Shown one piece after another: positions 59,661 through 64,000 of a stretch of 64,000 nt of DNA; position 1 is the stretch's first letter, and the number at the start of each line of letters is the position of its first letter. This DNA comes from Lachnospiraceae bacterium UBA2864 (GTDB taxonomy: Bacteria > Bacillota > Clostridia > Lachnospirales > Lachnospiraceae). The stretch covers positions 9,995 to 73,994 of the forward strand of contig DEFA01000013.1 in assembly GCA_002350525.1 (NCBI GenBank), written 5' to 3'. Below the pieces are notes generated by a model, which was not told the origin of the DNA, searched no databases, and was given only the letters and a program-made list of their open reading frames with translations. Position numbers and translations under genes: made by a program.

Positions 59661-60554
59661 GTGGATTATACAAGATTATCGGATGCAAATATCATAACAG
59701 CACGTTATATGGATTCTATACTTATAAAACAGAGACTTATAGATTCGGTTGTGGCAGACACCTCGATGGAATTTTTCGGAGAGAAATTTGACATGCCGAT
59801 CATGACACCTGCATTTTCACATCTGGGATGTTTTAACAATCGTGAGAAGACGGGACTCGTGGAGTATTCGGAAGCTGCGGCAAAGCTGAACATACTTAAT
59901 TTTGTCGGAATGATGGAAAATGATATGTTCGATAAGATCGTTGCAACCGGCGCAAAGACCGTACGTATCGTAAAACCTTATGCGGATAACGGAAAGGTCC
60001 GTGACCAGATGCAGTATGCCGAAGAAGCGGGGGCTTTTGCCGTTGGAATGGATATAGACCATATTTTCGGTGAGAACGGTACGGATGTGGTGAGCGGTGA
60101 GGAAATGGCAGTGCAGACTGCGGACATGCTTCGCTCGTATGTAGAAGCAAGTAAACTTCCTTTTGTTGTTAAGGGTGTTCTCAGTGCCGAGGATGCCGCA
60201 CGATGTGCCGAGATCGGTGCAAAGGCAATAATAGTCAGTCATCATCACGGAAGAATGCCTTATGCTGCTCCGCCGATGATGGTGCTTCCTGAGATAAGGG
60301 CAGCACTTCAGGGAAGAGATGTTAAGATAATAGTAGACTGCGGGATTTCAGGCGGTGCTGATGTATATAAGGCACTGGCTCTGGGAGCGGATGCTGCGGC
60401 AGTCGGAAGATCCATGCTTTCTTCTCTTGAGGAAGAGGGTACGGACGGAGTGGTAAACTTTATCGAAAGAGTGAATAAGGAACTTCGTTTTATTATGAGC
60501 TGTACGGGATATGCGAAAGTTTCGGATATGGATGACAAATGTCTTATAAAGTAA
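59661..60554 (+). CDS. FMN-dependent alpha-hydroxy acid dehydrogenase/oxidase family protein
   Basis: VVKGVLSAEDA.., IIVSHHHGR, DCGISGGADVYKALALGADAAAVGR. GTG 59661 has GGAGG 5 nt upstream. Confidence 0.75.
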   Translation: MDYTRLSDANIITARYMDSILIKQRLIDSVVADTSMEFFGEKFDMPIMTPAFSHLGCFNNREKTGLVEYSEAAAKLNILNFVGMMENDMFDKIVATGAKTVRIVKPYADNGKVRDQMQYAEEAGAFAVGMDIDHIFGENGTDVVSGEEMAVQTADMLRSYVEASKLPFVVKGVLSAEDAARCAEIGAKAIIVSHHHGRMPYAAPPMMVLPEIRAALQGRDVKIIVDCGISGGADVYKALALGADAAAVGRSMLSSLEEEGTDGVVNFIERVNKELRFIMSCTGYAKVSDMDDKCLIK

Positions 60555-60680
60555 AGCCTGCCACCGGAGTGTTATATGCATTCCGGTGGCAAATCTATGT
60601 TTAACGCTGGATAATAGGGTTATTAGATGATAGAATAAGATTTGGCTTTGTCAAAAATTTCAGTTTATAAGAGGTTTATT

Positions 60681-62186
60681 ATGAACGAAAAGATAACAGT
60701 TAATGCGGATAACCGCATAGCATTTAATAATAACGTGGATTTCTGCGTAGGAACAGGACGTCTCGGTCTCGCGCTTACGGAGGAATACTTAAAGCAGCTT
60801 GAGTTCGTTCAGAACGAGATCGGATTCAAGTATATCAGAGGCCATGGCCTTTTTACGGATGATGTCGCAATCTATCATGAGTATGAAGAAGAGGGCGAGA
60901 TTAAAGTTGAATATAACTATACCTATCTGGACAGGATATTCGACAGATTTATAGAACTGAACATCCGTCCGTATCTGGAACTTGGATTCATGCCTTATCA
61001 GCTGGCTCGAGGCACTCAGACAATTTTCTATTGGAAGGGAAATACAACTCCGCCGAAGGATTACCGCATGTGGACAGACATGGTCGTGGCACTCCTGAAG
61101 CATCTCAGAAGCCGTTACGGTGAAGAAGTTTTGGAATGGCCTATCGAAGTCTGGAATGAGCCGAATCTTCCGGGATTCTGGTACAATGCGGATATGGATG
61201 AGTATTTTAAGCTTTTCAAGGAAAGCTATCTTGCAATCAAGGCATATGACAGCAGATTCAAGGTGGGCGGTCCTGCCATATGCGGTGTAAATGACGCCGA
61301 GTGGATCAGAGAGTTCCTTAAATTCTGTAAAGAAAACGGTCTTCAGCCGGATATGATAACAAGACACCATTATACGGTGGAATTCCCGAAGAATATCGGA
61401 CATTATGATTATCACAAGCTCGAAGATGCGGAAATGAGATTCGATAATCTTCAGTCATCCCGTGATATTGCCGATTCTATCGAAGAGTTTAAGAATACGC
61501 CTATACATATAACGGAATTCAGTACATCATATACTCCTAAGGGAGTTATTCATGATACAAATATAAATGCCGCATATCTTGCGGAACAGCTTTCGCGTAT
61601 CGGTGATATGAATGAAGCTTATTCGTACTGGACATTCGGTGATGTTTTTGAAGAGCAGGGAGTTCCGTATTCACTGTTCCACGGAGGATTCGGAATGGTT
61701 GCTGCCGGAAATATTCCAAAGCCGACCTTCTGGACATTTTCATTCTATAAGCAGCTGAAGAACGCAGGAAGCGAATGTGTATTCCGTGACAAGACTTCGG
61801 TAATAGTAAAAACTGCGAAGGGGTATGCCGGAATACTCTGGAACATCGATTCGGACGAATATACAAGAGATATAGAACTTCCGGTATCGGAATATGACAG
61901 CGCTGATTTTACTCTTATTACAAAGACTGTAGATGAGGAATGCTGCAATCCGCTTAAAGTATGGCATGATATGGGAGAGCCTGCACAGCCTGTAAAGGCA
62001 GAGACAGAGCTTATAAGGGCTTCGGCATTTCCACTTATAAGGAGTGCTGTGGTTGAGCCTAAGGCAGGAAATGCTGATATTAAGATATCCGTTAAGAAGA
62101 ACGGTGTGGTATATTTTGAATTATCTGAGAGAACTTTTACTCCGGATCGCGGTTACGACTACGACAGGGTAATCTCGGATCACTGA
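60681..62186 (+). CDS. glycoside hydrolase family 39 (beta-xylosidase-like)
   Basis: Acid/base motif WPIEVWNEPNL and nucleophile region HITEFSTSY. About 500 aa, typical of GH39 XynB. Confidence 0.85.
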   Translation: MNEKITVNADNRIAFNNNVDFCVGTGRLGLALTEEYLKQLEFVQNEIGFKYIRGHGLFTDDVAIYHEYEEEGEIKVEYNYTYLDRIFDRFIELNIRPYLELGFMPYQLARGTQTIFYWKGNTTPPKDYRMWTDMVVALLKHLRSRYGEEVLEWPIEVWNEPNLPGFWYNADMDEYFKLFKESYLAIKAYDSRFKVGGPAICGVNDAEWIREFLKFCKENGLQPDMITRHHYTVEFPKNIGHYDYHKLEDAEMRFDNLQSSRDIADSIEEFKNTPIHITEFSTSYTPKGVIHDTNINAAYLAEQLSRIGDMNEAYSYWTFGDVFEEQGVPYSLFHGGFGMVAAGNIPKPTFWTFSFYKQLKNAGSECVFRDKTSVIVKTAKGYAGILWNIDSDEYTRDIELPVSEYDSADFTLITKTVDEECCNPLKVWHDMGEPAQPVKAETELIRASAFPLIRSAVVEPKAGNADIKISVKKNGVVYFELSERTFTPDRGYDYDRVISDH

Positions 62187-62196
62187 TAACAGGATA

Positions 62197-62231
62197 TTTA
62201 GGGGCGTTTTCAACGTCCCTAAAAATTTTTC
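62197..62231 (+). terminator. rho-independent terminator
   Basis: tttaggggcg / cgtccctaaa stem (one G-U pair), followed by aaattttt. Confidence 0.65.
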
Positions 62232-62242
62232 CTAAAAACCTA

Positions 62243-62271
62243 TTGACATAGTAGGTAAATAGTGTTATTAT
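62243..62271 (+). promoter_or_regulatory. sigma-A type promoter (extended -10)
   Basis: TTGACA (62243-62248), 17-nt spacer, TGt-TATTAT (-10 at 62266-62271). Confidence 0.75.
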
Positions 62272-62310
62272 CCTACCTGTCAAGAGGGAAAAAGAAAGGA
62301 GAGTTTCAAA

Positions 62311-62427
62311 ATGAACAAGTTACTCACTTCTGAAAAATTTGAAATGATGTGTTGTCGAATGCTGAACTCCCGGGCATGTAATATGGCTGTAGGGTCTGCT
62401 TCACGTCGATGTTGCACCCTTATGTAG
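62311..62427 (+). CDS. 38-codon Met/Cys-rich leader ORF (candidate regulatory leader peptide)
   Basis: AAAGGAGAG RBS lies 8 nt upstream of the ATG. Encodes MNKLLTSEKFEMMCCRMLNSRACNMAVGSASRRCCTLM*, with 6 Met and 5 Cys. Below the ORF-track length cut-off. Confidence 0.55.
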   Translation: MNKLLTSEKFEMMCCRMLNSRACNMAVGSASRRCCTLM

Positions 62428-62464
62428 TTCTAGAGATCGTTTATAGATCATATGCCATATGTCC

Positions 62465-62497
62465 GGGAGCTTACACAGAAATGAGCTTCCATTTTTT
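62465..62497 (+). terminator. leader (attenuator) terminator
   Basis: gggagctta / tgagcttcc 9-bp stem (two G-U pairs), followed by attttttg. 38 nt after the leader ORF stop and 210 nt before the downstream gene. Confidence 0.7.
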
Positions 62498-62707
62498 GTG
62501 CGTTAAATGAGGAAAAATCCCATATGCGAAGCATATGCGGTGATTAATACAAATGCTCGCACATTTATGTGCAAGAGCATTATGGAGTAATCACAGAATA
62601 TCTGCAGAATGCAGATATGGGATTTTGACGAATTCGCATCATCGAGCATTGCGAGATGTCAAAGAATCATGAGGGATTTAAAATTATCGGAAAGAAGGAA
62701 AAATAAA

Positions 62708-64000
62708 ATGAGAAAGTTTATAAATAATGAGATAAATTCAGAAAAGCAAAAGAAGAAGGGTGGCCTTCTCAGAAAGATCGGAGCACTTACACTTGCGCTT
62801 ACCGCAAGTATCGGACTTCTTACAGGATGCGGTAATGACGGAAAGGTTGAAGCTTCAACCATAAAGGATGAAACAAAGACAGAAGCAAAGGCAGTTTACA
62901 GAACAGTAGACGAGATTAAAGAAGCAGGTGAGATCAATATCGGTGTCTTCTCCGACAAGTCCCCATTCGGATATGTAGATGAGAACGGCGATTATCAGGG
63001 ATATGATGTTTACTTCGCGGAAAGAATAGGAAAGGATCTCGGAGTAAAGATCAACTATGTATCAACCGAGGCTGCAAGCCGTGTAGAGTATCTGGAGACT
63101 GGAAAGGTTGATATAATCCTTGCAAACTTCACAGTAACAGATGAAAGAGCAGAGAAAGTTGATTTTGCACTTCCATATATGAACGTAGCACTCGGCGTTG
63201 TATCACATGATGATAACGTAATCACAGATTTAAGCCAGGTAGGAGCTGATGATCAGGTGATCGTTATATCAGGAACAACAGCTGAAACATATCTTACAGA
63301 GAATAACCCGGAGATCAAGCTTCAGAAGTTCGATACATATGCAGCTGCAAAGAGCGCATTTGAGAACGGTACAGGAGTTGCCTGGGCAAACGATAATACG
63401 GAAGTTATAGCATTTGCAATTGAGAATAAGGGCTATACGGTAGGAATTGAGACTCTCGGAAGTCTTGATACGATAGCACCTGCAGTATCAAAGGGTAATG
63501 AGACACTTCTTAACTGGATCAATGATGAGATAAAGACACTCGGAAGCGAGAACTTCTTCCATGCGGATTATGAAGCAACACTTATAGATACTTACGGTGC
63601 GGATTATGAAGATACACTTGTTGTAGAAGGCGGAGTTACCTCATCAGGTGAGAAAGAATCTTCAGACGACAAGGCAGCAGATGAAAAGACAGATGATACT
63701 CCTGTAGAAGCTAAGGGAACAATCAAGATAGCAGCTTCACCAACACCTCATGCAGAGATTCTTGAGAAGGCAGGAGAGTTACTTAAAGATCAGGGATGGA
63801 CACTTGAAGTTACCGAATTCGAAGATTATGTACAGCCAAACCTTGTAGTAGAAAGCGGAGAGCTTGATGCAAACTACTTCCAGCATGTACCTTATCTTGA
63901 TAATTTCAACGAAGAGAACGGAACCTCACTTGTAAATGCAGGCGGTATCCACTATGAGCCATTCGGAATCTATCCGGGAACAAAGGCTTCGCTTGATGAA
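62708..64000 (+). CDS. fused substrate-binding lipoprotein: family-3 polar amino acid (cystine-type) SBP domain + MetQ/NlpA methionine-binding domain, 3' end off-window
   Basis: Lipobox SIGLLTGCGNDG. SBP_bac_3-like region (INIGVFSDKSPFGYVDENGDYQGYDVYFAERIGKDLG.., DIILANFTVTDERAEKVDFALPY). Acidic linker. Then a MetQ-like region (IKIAASPTPHAEILE.., VTEFEDYVQPNLVVESGELDANYFQHVPYL). The frame stays open to the window edge. Confidence 0.8.
   Translation, partial: MRKFINNEINSEKQKKKGGLLRKIGALTLALTASIGLLTGCGNDGKVEASTIKDETKTEAKAVYRTVDEIKEAGEINIGVFSDKSPFGYVDENGDYQGYDVYFAERIGKDLGVKINYVSTEAASRVEYLETGKVDIILANFTVTDERAEKVDFALPYMNVALGVVSHDDNVITDLSQVGADDQVIVISGTTAETYLTENNPEIKLQKFDTYAAAKSAFENGTGVAWANDNTEVIAFAIENKGYTVGIETLGSLDTIAPAVSKGNETLLNWINDEIKTLGSENFFHADYEATLIDTYGADYEDTLVVEGGVTSSGEKESSDDKAADEKTDDTPVEAKGTIKIAASPTPHAEILEKAGELLKDQGWTLEVTEFEDYVQPNLVVESGELDANYFQHVPYLDNFNEENGTSLVNAGGIHYEPFGIYPGTKASLDE

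Noticed and set aside
54592-61415. Large antisense ORFs in the right-hand cluster (54592-55275 plus strand; 56380-57300, 58808-59545, 59817-60248 and 60789-61415 minus strand)
   Set aside because: Each is embedded opposite a well-supported CDS (esterase, SDR, TIM barrel, FMN oxidoreductase, GH39). Their compositions are typical of non-coding frames.
1-64000. Search for CRISPR arrays, IS elements, integrases, phage genes, tRNA/rRNA
   Set aside because: I noticed no regularly spaced direct repeats, no transposase, integrase or recombinase motifs in any ORF, and no tRNA- or rRNA-like sequence by eye. A computational scan (tRNAscan, Infernal, ISfinder) would be needed to exclude small elements.

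Overview
A 64-kb chromosomal segment that looks Firmicutes/Clostridia-like (Lachnospiraceae-type). The basis is AGGAGG-type RBSs, many LxxC lipoprotein signals, [FeFe]-hydrogenase maturases and a TPP-riboswitch-controlled thiS-thiF-thiG-thiH operon; the taxonomy cannot be verified here. I support about 60 CDS, 1 pseudogene, 1 riboswitch, 2 strong sigma-A-type promoters and about a dozen intrinsic terminators. I saw no rRNA, tRNA, CRISPR array, transposase or integrase. Gene content, left to right:
- 5'-truncated ABC-F ATPase, Fe-ADH, a GNAT/unknown/ECF-S-like fusion protein, an EEP nuclease/phosphatase and a NUDIX hydrolase.
- A ToxR-like membrane regulator next to a block of secreted or lipoproteins, then a CPBP protease/GntR/membrane protein trio.
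- A diguanylate cyclase, adenosine deaminase and a large EAL phosphodiesterase.
- The thi operon, an acyltransferase and a HAD phosphatase.
- An XRE regulator plus ABC-2 exporter plus LiaS/NarL-type two-component module, followed directly by hydF-hydE.
- An ECF sigma/anti-sigma/HExxH lipoprotein module.
- The most unusual locus (41.1-52.5 kb): two tandem nitrogenase-like H-D-K triads, tightly coupled and followed without a detectable terminator by hypF-hypC-hypD-hypE. These encode the Fe(CN)2CO ligand machinery of [NiFe] hydrogenases. The window has no hydrogenase structural genes, hypA/hypB or nifB. The locus is preceded by a promoter plus a terminator-containing leader of no class I recognise.
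- An AraC-linked oxidoreductase/GH39 sugar cluster.
- A second notable element at the right edge: a 38-codon Met/Cys-rich leader ORF plus intrinsic terminator plus structured RNA, upstream of a fused polar-amino-acid/MetQ substrate-binding lipoprotein.
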